A DNA stretch of 64,000 bases from Chitinophagales bacterium (GCA_020635975.1 JACJYT010000002.1:301540-365539); one strand, 5' to 3'. Counted from the stretch's first letter, positions 1-9,354 are shown. Notes: generated from the letters alone by a model not told the origin. Numbers and translations: made by a program.

Positions 1-279
1 AACCAATTAGAGAAGCAAGCTTCCAGTATAGATATAACCCAAGATGTATATACACATATGTTGGGAGATGAAGTTACTAATGCCCTTAACCGTTTACCTG
101 TGGATTTCAGGGTGGCTATTATTTTGTCTGACTTAGAAGGATTCACTTATGAAGAGATAGCTAAAATATCGGATATTCCAATTGGTACAGTTCGCTCTCG
201 ATTGTTTAGAGCAAGGAATTTAATGAAGGAAGAATTGAGGGAATATGCCAAAGAGGCAGGTTTCAAAGAAATGAGATAA
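1..279 (+). CDS. ECF-type sigma-70 factor, C-terminal part (5' end outside window)
   Basis: Frame 1 is open from base 1 (NQLEKQASS...) into track ORF 58..279. LPVDFRVAIILSDLEGFTYEEIAKISDIPIGTVRSRLFRARNLMKEEL is a typical sigma-70 region 4 helix-turn-helix of ECF/RpoE-type sigmas. Confidence 0.85.
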   Translation, partial: NQLEKQASSIDITQDVYTHMLGDEVTNALNRLPVDFRVAIILSDLEGFTYEEIAKISDIPIGTVRSRLFRARNLMKEELREYAKEAGFKEMR

Positions 280-350
280 TAAAAAAATCAGGAACTCTTT
301 TTTGAAAATCTATGTTTTTTACATAAATTAACAATTGCCTAGCAAGAATA

Positions 351-587
351 ATGAAGAAAAGTCACGATTGTAAGGAAGTAGTAGAGCAGTTCAACATGCT
401 CTTAGATGGTTCTCTTAACCCGAAGCAAGAGCAAGATGTAATGTGCGAATTACAAAGGTGCATGCATTGTTTACAAGAATACAATCTAGAAGAAAAATAT
501 CGAAACTTTGTTAAAGAGAAAGTCGAGAAAAAATGTCCAACGGAGAGTTTTATTGGTAAACTTAAAGACTGTATTAAAGGCCTTTAG
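351..587 (+). CDS. putative zinc-binding anti-sigma factor (RsrA/zf-HC2-like)
   Basis: Lies directly downstream of the ECF sigma. CKEVVEQFNMLLDGSL...CELQRCMHCLQEY resembles the N-terminal Cys/His layout of ZAS-type anti-sigma domains. By-eye motif only. Confidence 0.6.
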   Translation: MKKSHDCKEVVEQFNMLLDGSLNPKQEQDVMCELQRCMHCLQEYNLEEKYRNFVKEKVEKKCPTESFIGKLKDCIKGL

Positions 588-590
588 CTC

Positions 591-1016
591 TTATTCCACT
601 ATATATAATTTCTTTATTTTGTCTATTGGTCCTTGGCAGAAAACATTATGACAAGCAATACATTGGTCAATACTTAAGTTAAACTTTTTTACTTGTTTCT
701 TGCTTTTTTCACTTTCAATAAGATCTTTTACACTTGCGAGGTAGGCATCGGTTAAGCTTACAAATTGTTCCGTTCTAACATTACTATCCGTAGCCTCTAC
801 GGTATAAATGCCATAGAAATCAGTAGGGAAGTTCGTTTCAAATTTTTGTTCTAAGATGGCTTGTCTCCATGCTTCGTTTTGACTGTACATAGAGCGCATC
901 AATAAGGCCAATTCGGCATCTTCATACATAATGGATTCCTCTTTCTTGCTGGTATCTGCCGGATTACAAGCCATGAAAAGAAAAAGAATGCTTAGAAGTA
1001 ATAAAGTCTTTCTCAT
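591..1016 (-). CDS. lipoprotein with single CxxCH haem-c attachment motif near the C-terminus (putative small c-type cytochrome)
   Basis: Signal peptide plus lipobox (LFLFMAC). One CIACH motif lies about 25 aa from the C-terminus. No further family assignment is possible by eye. Confidence 0.5.
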   Translation of the reverse strand: MRKTLLLLSILFLFMACNPADTSKKEESIMYEDAELALLMRSMYSQNEAWRQAILEQKFETNFPTDFYGIYTVEATDSNVRTEQFVSLTDAYLASVKDLIESEKSKKQVKKFNLSIDQCIACHNVFCQGPIDKIKKLYIVE

Positions 1017-1510
1017 TATTCTAAAATAACTCCTTTAGCCATAAAAGTGTAGCTTACCTCTGCTTCCGTAATGGCGTTTATTTCCTCTTCTGATTTTCCC
1101 GCATCGAAAGCATAGTGCTTTAACTCTTCTACAGTTAAGCCATCTTTATAGGCCCAGCCTTCAATCACTGCTGTTCTTCCATCACAATTTAAAGGAACAA
1201 AAAAACCATAATCTTTAAATCTAACCATTAGCTGCTCAGCTTCACCAATCTCAAGTGTCATCCAACATCCTTTTTTAGTGCAAACGTCTTGAACGGTTCC
1301 TCTAAGCTTTAATTCGATGGAATCTCCTTCTGTAAAAACATCAAAGAAATCTTCTGCAGCTATAGCTCCTTCTGGATTAATTTCTTCACCATAATATTCA
1401 AATTCATTGCTAGTTGTGTTTTCTGACTGACTCTTGGTATTGCAAGAAAACAATGAAAGAGCAAGAGATACATAAAAAAGTAGGTTTTTCATTGTGTTAA
1501 TTTTGTGCAA
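1016..1510 (-). CDS. DUF4920-like lipoprotein
   Basis: Signal peptide plus lipobox (LSLFSC). The VCTKKGCWMTLE motif matches what I recall of Bacteroidota DUF4920 proteins (from memory, unverified). Confidence 0.5.
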   Translation of the reverse strand: MHKINTMKNLLFYVSLALSLFSCNTKSQSENTTSNEFEYYGEEINPEGAIAAEDFFDVFTEGDSIELKLRGTVQDVCTKKGCWMTLEIGEAEQLMVRFKDYGFFVPLNCDGRTAVIEGWAYKDGLTVEELKHYAFDAGKSEEEINAITEAEVSYTFMAKGVILE

Positions 1511-1590
1511 ATTTACATCTTTTCTTTTAGGGGCTAAAACTTTGAAACTATTTTAGAGCTATCTTTGAAAAATCAATTAAAAGAAATTAT

Positions 1591-2148
1591 ATGAAATCAA
1601 TATTGACTTTTTTATTTGTCCTAGGCCTAAGTTGGAGCACAGCTCAAAATACTACTTCAGTTAATCTTGACAAAAGTAAGATAGAATGGATTGGTAAGAA
1701 GCTTACTGGACAACACAATGGAAATATAGTATTGAAGTCGGGCGACTTGGTTTTCTACGAAGGTAAACTGCTAAAGGGGCTTTTTAAAATAGACATGAAT
1801 TCTATTTCTTGCTCAGATTTAAAAGGAGAATCAGCAGATAAACTAGTCAATCATCTTAAAAGTGAAGACTTTTTTAATAGCAATAAGTTTCCTGAAGCAC
1901 TTCTCAATTTTAGAGAAGTAAAGCATATTGAAGGAAGTAGTTATTTAATCATAGCAGATTTAAGCATTAAAGGAATTACGAAAACTATAGAATTTAATGC
2001 CGACATTCGCGAGAATAAAGCTAGTGCTGTTATTAACGTGGATAGAACAGACTATGACATTCGTTATGGTTCTAAAAGCTTTTTTGATGAGCTAGGAGAT
2101 AAAGCCATAGATGATATTTTTGTTATTAAAATTGATCTAGTTTTTTAA
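1591..2148 (+). CDS. YceI-like family protein (periplasmic, polyisoprenoid-binding fold)
   Basis: Signal peptide. KSKIEWIGKKLTGQHNGNI followed by SEDFFNSNKFPEA and a C-terminal beta-rich region is the usual YceI-domain layout. Confidence 0.7.
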   Translation: MKSILTFLFVLGLSWSTAQNTTSVNLDKSKIEWIGKKLTGQHNGNIVLKSGDLVFYEGKLLKGLFKIDMNSISCSDLKGESADKLVNHLKSEDFFNSNKFPEALLNFREVKHIEGSSYLIIADLSIKGITKTIEFNADIRENKASAVINVDRTDYDIRYGSKSFFDELGDKAIDDIFVIKIDLVF

Positions 2149-2158
2149 TCCGCTTGCG

Positions 2159-3052
2159 TTGAACCAAGATTTTAATATTCTTTACCTTAGAAATGCTGAT
2201 TATTCCTGTGAAATAATTAGTACCTACGGAGCTTGTATTAATTCCTATAAATTTAAGGATAGGGAATTTATATCGGGATATCAATCTAAAGAAGAAGTCT
2301 CTTTGCAACAATATAAAGGTGTCTTATTGGCGCCTTTCCCAAATCGTATAGCCAAGGCTAAATTTAGTTTTGATGATCAGCATCACGCATTAACAATCAA
2401 TCGGGCAAAGGAAGGTCTTGCTCTTCATGGTTTTTTATACGATAAAGAATTTAGGCTTATAGAGAAAGATGCAGATAAATTGATTTTAGCTTATGATTAT
2501 GACGGAGATGCGGCTGGCTATCCCTTCCCTTTTAGCATAGCAGTAAGTTATTACTTAGAAGAACAGGGCTTGCTAAGAATTAAGACACATATTTCTAACG
2601 AGGGCAAGCAAAGATTGCCTTTTGGTTTAGGTTGGCATCCATATTTTCAAATGGAGTCAATTATTGATGACTTGAGCTTGTCCTTTCCTTCCTCTTCATA
2701 TTTAGAATTGGATGAAAAACTTATTCCAACAGGTGAGTTAAAGGCTTTTGCAGAGAAGCAGAAAATTTTAAGATTAGACAATCAAAATTATGATACTTGC
2801 TTCCTTTTAGATTCCCAAGATTCAGCTAGCTTTATTTTAAGCGATAAGACTATGGATTTGCACATTAGTACACCAAGTATAGAACACTTCCCTTATTTTC
2901 AAATTTACACTGCAAAGGATAGAAAAAGTATTGCAATTGAACCCATGACCTGCGCTCCAAATGCTTTTAATAATGGCATGGGAGTGCGTATTTTGAATCC
3001 TGGAGAAAGCGCTGAAGTAGAATTTGGAATTCAAGCACTAAGAAGAAACTAA
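2159..3052 (+). CDS. aldose 1-epimerase (galactose mutarotase-like) family protein
   Basis: PFPNRI, LHGFLY, GYPFPF, GWHPYF and EPMTCAPNAF motifs are typical of the mutarotase fold. The TTG start in the track is uncertain. Confidence 0.75.
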   Translation: MNQDFNILYLRNADYSCEIISTYGACINSYKFKDREFISGYQSKEEVSLQQYKGVLLAPFPNRIAKAKFSFDDQHHALTINRAKEGLALHGFLYDKEFRLIEKDADKLILAYDYDGDAAGYPFPFSIAVSYYLEEQGLLRIKTHISNEGKQRLPFGLGWHPYFQMESIIDDLSLSFPSSSYLELDEKLIPTGELKAFAEKQKILRLDNQNYDTCFLLDSQDSASFILSDKTMDLHISTPSIEHFPYFQIYTAKDRKSIAIEPMTCAPNAFNNGMGVRILNPGESAEVEFGIQALRRN

Positions 3053-3121
3053 GCTTATAGGAAAAACAGGGCTATAAAGGCAAGAACTTTTTTCTTTATC
3101 TTTAGGGTCTAAAACCTCATT

Positions 3122-4945
3122 ATGCGATCTGCCCTATTCATATTTTTATTACTTTTCTTCTATTCATGTAAAAACAGCAATTCCAAATCTGGAATACCCG
3201 AAGAAGAGATACTTGCCAATACAGAAAGATTTAATGCTGCTATGGACGAAATCTATAATAAGCATTTATCCTATTCTCCTGTTGCTCAAACCTATGAAGG
3301 TTTAAAAACAAATAATGATAAATGGGATATTAATAACGATAGTACCGAATTATTTTTTCATGAAATGGATAAGGCCGAGTTGGCATTTTTAAAGCAAAAT
3401 TTTGTTCTTGCATCTTTAGATCATCAGGCTCAGTTAACTTATAGAATGTATATAGCTAAGCTCGAAGAAAGTTTATACAACTATGAACATTGGAGAGATT
3501 ATTATTATCCTGTTAATCAAATGTTTGGGTCGCATACTTGGTTTCCTAGTTTTCTTATGAATGTGCATACAATTAGTTCTAAAGCGGATGCTGAAGCATG
3601 GTTGAGTAGATTGTCGAAAATTGATGTCAAAATAGATGAGTTGCTCGCTCAATTGGATAAATGTACTGCAAAAGGGGTGATTGCTCCGAAGTTTGTTTAT
3701 CCTTATGTGATAAGTGATTGTAATAATTTGCTGAAAGGAGCTCCTTTTGAAGGAGTAGGTACGAATCCTTTAATTGAGGATTTTTCGATGGACTTAAACG
3801 AGCTGGATTCGCTAAGTGAACTTGAGAAAACTATATTGATTGACAGTGCCAATACCTTGATGCTTCAGGTGTTTAAGCCATCTTATGAAAAGTTGATAGC
3901 TTACTTGAAGGATTTAGAATTGAAGGCGGACGACAATGCTGGGGTATGGAAATTTGAAAACGGAAATCAATATTATTTGGATAGGTTGAAAAGTACAACC
4001 ACTACAGATTACACGCCTCAAGAAATCTATGATATTGGAATGAGTGAAATTAAAAGAATCCATGCAGAAATGGAAGACATTATGATAGAAGTGGGCTTTG
4101 AAGGTAGTTTGCAGGAGTTTTTTAAATATGTAAAAACCAATCCAGATTTATATTATCCCAATACAGATGAAGGAAGAGAAGCCTATTTAGCGAAAAACAT
4201 AGAAATTAAAGATGCAATGGAAGCCAAATTGGATGAGTTATTTATAACCAAACCTAAAGCTGCCTTAGAAGTAAGAAGAGTAGAGCCGTATAGAGAGAAG
4301 TCGGCGGGAACTGCGTTTTATAATTCGCCAGCGCCTGATGGAAGCAGACCTGGTATTTACTATGCCAATTTGTATGATATGAACTCCATGCCAATTTATG
4401 AAATGGAAGCTCTAACTTATCATGAAGCTATTCCTGGTCACCATATGCAATTATCAATTGCTCAAGAAATAGAAAATCTGCCTTTATTCAGAACTCGAGA
4501 TGCTCATTATACTTCTTATGTGGAAGGTTGGGGCCTATATGCAGAGTTTATTCCTAAAGAAATGGGCTTTTATACCGATCCTTATTCGGATTTTGGTCGC
4601 TTGTCGATGGAATTATTTAGAGCAGTACGCTTAGTGGTAGATGTTGGAATACATGCCAAGAAATGGACAAGAGAAGAAGGAATTCAGTTTTACCTAGATA
4701 ATACACCAAATTCTGATGATGAATGCATTAGTATGGTCGAAAGGCATATAGTAATGCCTTCACAGGCTACTGCTTATAAAATCGGCCAGCTAAAAATTCT
4801 AGAATTGCGGGAAAGAGCTAAAGATGAACTGAAGGATCTGTTCGACATTAGGGAGTTTCATGAAGTGGTTTTAACCAATGGCTCTGTTCCTCTAGATATT
4901 TTAGAAGAATTGGTAGATACTTATATTGCAAGTAAAAAGGAATAG
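3122..4945 (+). CDS. DUF885 family lipoprotein (metallopeptidase-like HExxH-variant fold)
   Basis: Lipobox (FFYSC). HEAIPGHHMQ and VEGWGLYAE motifs are characteristic of DUF885. Confidence 0.8.
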   Translation: MRSALFIFLLLFFYSCKNSNSKSGIPEEEILANTERFNAAMDEIYNKHLSYSPVAQTYEGLKTNNDKWDINNDSTELFFHEMDKAELAFLKQNFVLASLDHQAQLTYRMYIAKLEESLYNYEHWRDYYYPVNQMFGSHTWFPSFLMNVHTISSKADAEAWLSRLSKIDVKIDELLAQLDKCTAKGVIAPKFVYPYVISDCNNLLKGAPFEGVGTNPLIEDFSMDLNELDSLSELEKTILIDSANTLMLQVFKPSYEKLIAYLKDLELKADDNAGVWKFENGNQYYLDRLKSTTTTDYTPQEIYDIGMSEIKRIHAEMEDIMIEVGFEGSLQEFFKYVKTNPDLYYPNTDEGREAYLAKNIEIKDAMEAKLDELFITKPKAALEVRRVEPYREKSAGTAFYNSPAPDGSRPGIYYANLYDMNSMPIYEMEALTYHEAIPGHHMQLSIAQEIENLPLFRTRDAHYTSYVEGWGLYAEFIPKEMGFYTDPYSDFGRLSMELFRAVRLVVDVGIHAKKWTREEGIQFYLDNTPNSDDECISMVERHIVMPSQATAYKIGQLKILELRERAKDELKDLFDIREFHEVVLTNGSVPLDILEELVDTYIASKKE

Positions 4946-4956
4946 CCTAAACTTTT

Positions 4957-5955
4957 ATGTTCAATTTTGCCAAATTGAGAAATAATAACCAGGTATTAGG
5001 CTGGTTCTTTTTTGATGTTTTCATGGTGATTTTAGCCTTGGTAAATATCAATCTAATTATACTGGATTTTACTTTTTCTTACCATTTAGGAGCGCAATTC
5101 TATTACTTCCTTTTCCCTAAACTAGCTTTTTGGTATGAATTTACTATACATAATAACTTCATTTGGATTGATTTAAGTTTTGTGGCTTTTTTCGCTTTAG
5201 AATTTGTGTTAAGGTGGATTCTAGCTGTATACAATAAGGAATTTGAGAAGTGGTTTTTCTTCCCTTTTGCTAGATGGTACGACCTACTTGGTCTAATTCC
5301 AATAGGCTCGATGAGATTTCTACGTGTTTTACGAATAGGCTCGATTTTGTTTCGTTTACAAAAAATGGGAGTGATAGACTTAAAGCAGAGTAGTTTTTAT
5401 CCCTTTCTAAATAAGTATTATAAAGTTTTTGTAGAAGAAGTTTCAGATAGGGTGGTACTTAATGTTCTTGATGGAGTGAATGATGAAATGCAAAATGGAG
5501 AGGATTTTACAAAAGCGATTCTAACTAAAGTGGTTCGACCAAATAGTGATAGAATACTAGAGTACTCCATGAATAAAGTACAGGTGGTTACTCAACAAAT
5601 AATTCAGAATCACGAGGAGGATATAAAAGCTTATCTCTTTGATAAAGTTAATTTGGCACTTGCTCAAAATAGCGAAATGAAGCTGATTAAGGCAGTTCCG
5701 GGTTTAGGTGGTATAATTCGTGAACAATTAGATCATGCAATTGCAGATATAAGCTATAAGGTGATTGCAGGGATTGTGGAGGATGTTGCTAAGGGAGAAG
5801 ATATTTTTAGTAAAGAAATCAAGGGAATTAGTGAGAGTGTTTTAGACGCTTTAGAAGAGGATCAAGAGCTTGAGGAAATCCTAAAGATTGTTAGTTCACA
5901 GACGATTGATATCGTAAAAGAACAGGTCTCTAAACAAAAATGGAAAGAAAATTAG
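4957..5955 (+). CDS. voltage-sensor-domain-like (S1-S4) membrane protein without pore domain, acidic soluble C-terminal half
   Basis: Four hydrophobic helices: S1 FDVFMVILALVNINLIIL, S2 FVAFFALEFVLRWILA, S3 WYDLLGLIPIG and S4 MRFLRVLRIGSILFRLQK (R/K at every third position, nt 5311..5364). The remaining ~195 aa have no hydrophobic segment, so no S5-P-S6. Confidence 0.6.
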   Translation: MFNFAKLRNNNQVLGWFFFDVFMVILALVNINLIILDFTFSYHLGAQFYYFLFPKLAFWYEFTIHNNFIWIDLSFVAFFALEFVLRWILAVYNKEFEKWFFFPFARWYDLLGLIPIGSMRFLRVLRIGSILFRLQKMGVIDLKQSSFYPFLNKYYKVFVEEVSDRVVLNVLDGVNDEMQNGEDFTKAILTKVVRPNSDRILEYSMNKVQVVTQQIIQNHEEDIKAYLFDKVNLALAQNSEMKLIKAVPGLGGIIREQLDHAIADISYKVIAGIVEDVAKGEDIFSKEIKGISESVLDALEEDQELEEILKIVSSQTIDIVKEQVSKQKWKEN

Positions 5956-5995
5956 AATACAAGTAAAATAAGTTTGTTATTTACTTTAATAACTT

Positions 5996-6003
5996 TATCT
6001 TTG
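5996..6003 (+). promoter_or_regulatory. Bacteroidota-type -7 promoter box TATCTTTG upstream of rpmH
   Basis: Matches the TAnnTTTG consensus. A TTG at 5974..5976 lies 19 bp upstream (-33-like). Located 55 nt before the rpmH ATG. Confidence 0.5.
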
Positions 6004-6057
6004 CACTCCATTTTAAAAAGCAAAATTCTCTTTTTAGAGATTTAAAAAATAAAAAAG

Positions 6058-6213
6058 ATGAAAAGAACATTTCAGCCGTCAAGAAGAAAACGTAAGAATA
6101 AGCATGGTTTTCGTGATAGAATGAGTACGAAAAATGGAAGAAAGGTATTAGCTAGAAGAAGAGCTAAAGGAAGAAAAAAACTTACCGTTTCTGACGAAAA
6201 GCGACTTAAATAG
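6058..6213 (+). CDS. rpmH: 50S ribosomal protein L34
   Basis: Not in the ORF track (51 aa). My translation is [51 protein letters not shown], with a TAG stop at 6211..6213. This is the canonical L34 sequence, and it sits directly upstream of rnpA as in most bacteria. Confidence 0.95.
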   Translation: MKRTFQPSRRKRKNKHGFRDRMSTKNGRKVLARRRAKGRKKLTVSDEKRLK

Positions 6214-6217
6214 TAAT

Positions 6218-6595
6218 TTGAAATTTACTTTTGGACGAAGTAATCGTCTTAAAAGCAAGCTTATATTGGCTTCTCTTTTCGATAAGGGAAGCCTTTTTGT
6301 TTCTAAGCCTATTCTATTAAGGTATACGCTTACTCTAGCAAGTGAAGCCTCCATTCAAGCGGCATTTAGTGTAGGGAAGAAAAGATTTAAACGCGCCGTA
6401 GATAGAAATCTTTTGAAAAGAAGAATTAGAGAAGTGCACCGATTAAATCAACATAGATTTCTAGAACAACTTCAAGCTGGACCTTATAAGTTAGAAGTCT
6501 TGTATATTTATACGGATAAAACTATAGCCGATTTTCAAAGCATACAAAACGGGATGAATGCTTTTTTTGATTCGAGATTAGTACTTCCAAAGTAA
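6218..6595 (+). CDS. rnpA: ribonuclease P protein component
   Basis: Immediately follows rpmH. The basic RNR-like motif KRAVDRNLLKRRIRE is present. A TTG start is the only in-frame option. Confidence 0.85.
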   Translation: MKFTFGRSNRLKSKLILASLFDKGSLFVSKPILLRYTLTLASEASIQAAFSVGKKRFKRAVDRNLLKRRIREVHRLNQHRFLEQLQAGPYKLEVLYIYTDKTIADFQSIQNGMNAFFDSRLVLPK

Positions 6596-6659
6596 AGTCA
6601 CAGAATTGTCAGGTTTAGTCAAATAGTAAACTTTAAGTTTAAAGAAGTTCTTTATTGTA

Positions 6660-6667
6660 TAAATTTG
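6660..6667 (+). promoter_or_regulatory. candidate -7 box TAAATTTG upstream of the M28 peptidase gene
   Basis: TAnnTTTG match 13 nt before ATG 6681, which implies a very short leader. Confidence 0.35.
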
Positions 6668-6680
6668 CATTGTAGATATT

Positions 6681-8318
6681 ATGAAAAGATTAATTATAGT
6701 TTTTAGTTTAAGTTTGAATTTTTTAATAGCGCAGAATTCTACTTTAGATAATTTAAGTGCTCATGTTTATTTTCTTAGCGACGATCGCCTAGAGGGAAGA
6801 GGAACGGGAAGTTTGGGTGAAGCCTTGGCTCTGGAGTATATTTCCAATGTTTTTAAAGAGTATGGGATAGTCCCTAAAGGTGAAAATTCATTCGTTCAGA
6901 ATTTTGAATTTAAGTCGGGGAAAAAATTAGGTGTTTTGAACGGTTGCATAGTGGACGGTCGAAAGCTAGAATTGGAAAAAGAATATTTTCCTTTGAATTA
7001 TTCAGGAAGTGGCTCTGCAAATGCCTCGCTAGTGAATCTAGGCTATGGTATTCACGCTCCTGGCTTATATGATGATTATGAAAATAAGGATGAATTAAAG
7101 AATAAGGTATTTTTAATAAATCTCTCCTCTCCAGATGGCATTCACCCCCATTCCAAGTACTTGCAATATACAGATTATCAAACTAGAATTAAGACCGCAG
7201 AAGCCTTTGGCGCGGCAGGAGTGATTTTCTATAATGTGGACGAAAATCTTGATGACCCTAGTTTTGATTTAAGTATGAAAGTTAAAGAGTTCGAAATCCC
7301 GGTAATTTTCGTTAAGGGAGGGGATATTAGAAATGCACTTTCTGTAAAAATTTCTGTTGATTTATATCAAGACGAAAAAGTAGGTCACAATGTTATTGGT
7401 TTCATCGATAATAATGCTTCTAGTACAGTAGTTCTTGGAGCACATTACGATCATTTAGGTTGGGGCGAAGAAGGGAATTCTCTGTACAGGGGGGAACCAG
7501 CTATTCATAATGGAGCAGATGATAATGCTAGTGGTGTTTCTTTATTATTAGAATTAGCGAAAAGTATAAAAGAAGAGGGTTTAAAAAACAATAACTACTT
7601 ATTTATTGCCTTTTCTGGTGAAGAACTTGGCTTGTATGGTTCTAAATCCTTCATACAGAATGCTACAATTGATACCTCTGAAATTAACTATATGTTGAAT
7701 TTCGACATGGTTGGTCGCTTAGATGAAGAAGGAGCCATGGCGGTTAATGGCGTTGGTACTGCTAAGATTTTTAAAGAATTGGTAGAGGGAATAAAGGAAG
7801 GGGAAATCAAGGTTAAAACAACAGAATCTGGTATGGGTCCCTCAGATCATGCTTCTTTTTACTTAGCTAATATTCCTGTTTTACACTTTTATACGGGCAA
7901 CAACCCAGATTATCACAAACCAAGTGATGATGCATGGCTTATTAACTATCCAGGCATGTATAGAGTGTATGAATATACTATGGCTTTATTGCGAGATTTG
8001 GATGATGAAGGCGAATTGGAATTTGTGAAAACCAAGGATACAGATAATAAGAATGCACCTAAATTTTCAGTTACTTTAGGTGTGGTTCCAGACTATATGT
8101 ATGATGGATTAGGAATGAGGATAGATGGTGTTACTGAAGGAAAACCAGCTTCAATTGCTGGAATGAAAACTGGAGATATCGTTGTATTTTTAGGGCAGAT
8201 TGAAATTACAGACATGATGGCATACATGACCGCCCTTAGTAAATTTCAGAAAGGGGATAGAACAACTGCGGTAGTTATGCGGGATGGTAAGGAACTAAAG
8301 TTAGAAGTGGAGTTTTAA
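6681..8318 (+). CDS. M28 family zinc aminopeptidase with PA-domain insert and C-terminal PDZ domain
   Basis: Signal peptide. M28 metal and catalytic motifs are HYDHLG, NGADDNASGV, GEELGLYGS and GPSDHASF. The C-terminal GKPASIAGMKTGDIVVFLG is PDZ-like. Confidence 0.8.
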   Translation: MKRLIIVFSLSLNFLIAQNSTLDNLSAHVYFLSDDRLEGRGTGSLGEALALEYISNVFKEYGIVPKGENSFVQNFEFKSGKKLGVLNGCIVDGRKLELEKEYFPLNYSGSGSANASLVNLGYGIHAPGLYDDYENKDELKNKVFLINLSSPDGIHPHSKYLQYTDYQTRIKTAEAFGAAGVIFYNVDENLDDPSFDLSMKVKEFEIPVIFVKGGDIRNALSVKISVDLYQDEKVGHNVIGFIDNNASSTVVLGAHYDHLGWGEEGNSLYRGEPAIHNGADDNASGVSLLLELAKSIKEEGLKNNNYLFIAFSGEELGLYGSKSFIQNATIDTSEINYMLNFDMVGRLDEEGAMAVNGVGTAKIFKELVEGIKEGEIKVKTTESGMGPSDHASFYLANIPVLHFYTGNNPDYHKPSDDAWLINYPGMYRVYEYTMALLRDLDDEGELEFVKTKDTDNKNAPKFSVTLGVVPDYMYDGLGMRIDGVTEGKPASIAGMKTGDIVVFLGQIEITDMMAYMTALSKFQKGDRTTAVVMRDGKELKLEVEF

Positions 8319-8977
8319 TGTCTAACTTATTATTTATAGAAACTAGTACGCGAGCTTGCTCGGTGGCAGTGGGAAGAGAATCTGAATTACTTAGTCAGGA
8401 GTCTGTATTAAATACCCAATCACATGCTAGTGTATTACACGATTTGATTGCTAAGGCTTTGCTGACTGCGGGAAAAACATGGAAAGATTTAGACGCTATA
8501 GCAGTTTCAAGCGGACCGGGCTCTTATACGGGTTTGAGAATTGGAATGGCGGTGGCTAAGGGCTTTTGTTTTGCTTTAGATTTACCATTAATATTAATGG
8601 ATTCTTTAGAATGCTTGGCACATAGAGCAAGTATCCTTCAACAAGATAAGGATGCGATTTACATAGCATGTATGGATTCTAGAAAAGGAGAGATTTACTA
8701 TCATGTGATGAATGGAAGCGGACAAATTCTTGAATTTTCTCAAGCTTTGGAACTAGAAAAACATGAATTCCGTCAATATTTGGGAAAAAGAACATACTTT
8801 TGCGGGAATACTTCAAATAAAATTAAAAATATTATATTTGAATTAAGTGCCGAGCAAATTGAGCATGAATTTTTAGCAGAAAACATGCTTATAAAGGGTT
8901 TTGAGGCATATAATAGGAAGGAATTTTGCGATTTAGCCTATTCCGAACCTAATTACATGAAACCTTTTTCATATTAG
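8318..8977 (+). CDS. tsaB: tRNA threonylcarbamoyladenosine (t6A) biosynthesis protein TsaB
   Basis: IETSTRACSVAV and SGPGSYTGLRIG motifs of TsaB/YeaZ. The start overlaps the upstream stop (TAATG). Confidence 0.85.
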   Translation: MSNLLFIETSTRACSVAVGRESELLSQESVLNTQSHASVLHDLIAKALLTAGKTWKDLDAIAVSSGPGSYTGLRIGMAVAKGFCFALDLPLILMDSLECLAHRASILQQDKDAIYIACMDSRKGEIYYHVMNGSGQILEFSQALELEKHEFRQYLGKRTYFCGNTSNKIKNIIFELSAEQIEHEFLAENMLIKGFEAYNRKEFCDLAYSEPNYMKPFSY

Positions 8978-9009
8978 AATTGTTTAACTTTAAAATAAAA
9001 AACAATAAA

Positions 9010-9351
9010 ATGGGATACAGTACAAAAAAAATCGCAGATATTTCTCTGAAAGATGGGAAAGAAAAGATCGTCATTAAAGGCGGTATTCTGCAAAGCGCAG
9101 CTTTGGCTGTGAGAGCAATTAATCACCCTTTAAGAAAAAAGATCATTGATCTTTTAGAAGAAAACGGTGAAATGGTAGTAACAGACATTTATGTTAAGCT
9201 TAGAACTGAACAATCTGTTGCTTCACAACATTTGGCAATCTTAAGGAATGCCGGTTATGTTAACACTAGAAGAAATGGCAAGTTTATTCACTATAATTTG
9301 AATAAGGATCGTTTCAAACATTCTGCCGAGTTAATCGACAGATTAGCATAA
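9010..9351 (+). CDS. ArsR/SmtB-family winged-helix transcriptional regulator
   Basis: VVTDIYVKLRTEQSVASQHLAILRNAGYVNTRRNGKFIHYNL is a typical ArsR HTH plus wing. I prefer the ATG at 9010 (MGYSTKK) over the track's TTG at 8980. Confidence 0.8.
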   Translation: MGYSTKKIADISLKDGKEKIVIKGGILQSAALAVRAINHPLRKKIIDLLEENGEMVVTDIYVKLRTEQSVASQHLAILRNAGYVNTRRNGKFIHYNLNKDRFKHSAELIDRLA

Positions 9352-9354
9352 AAA

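Noticed and set aside
6148-6354. Track ORF of 68 aa on the minus strand.
   Set aside because: It overlaps rpmH and the rnpA 5' end on the opposite strand and gives a low-complexity S/L/R-rich peptide. Both sense genes are unmistakable.
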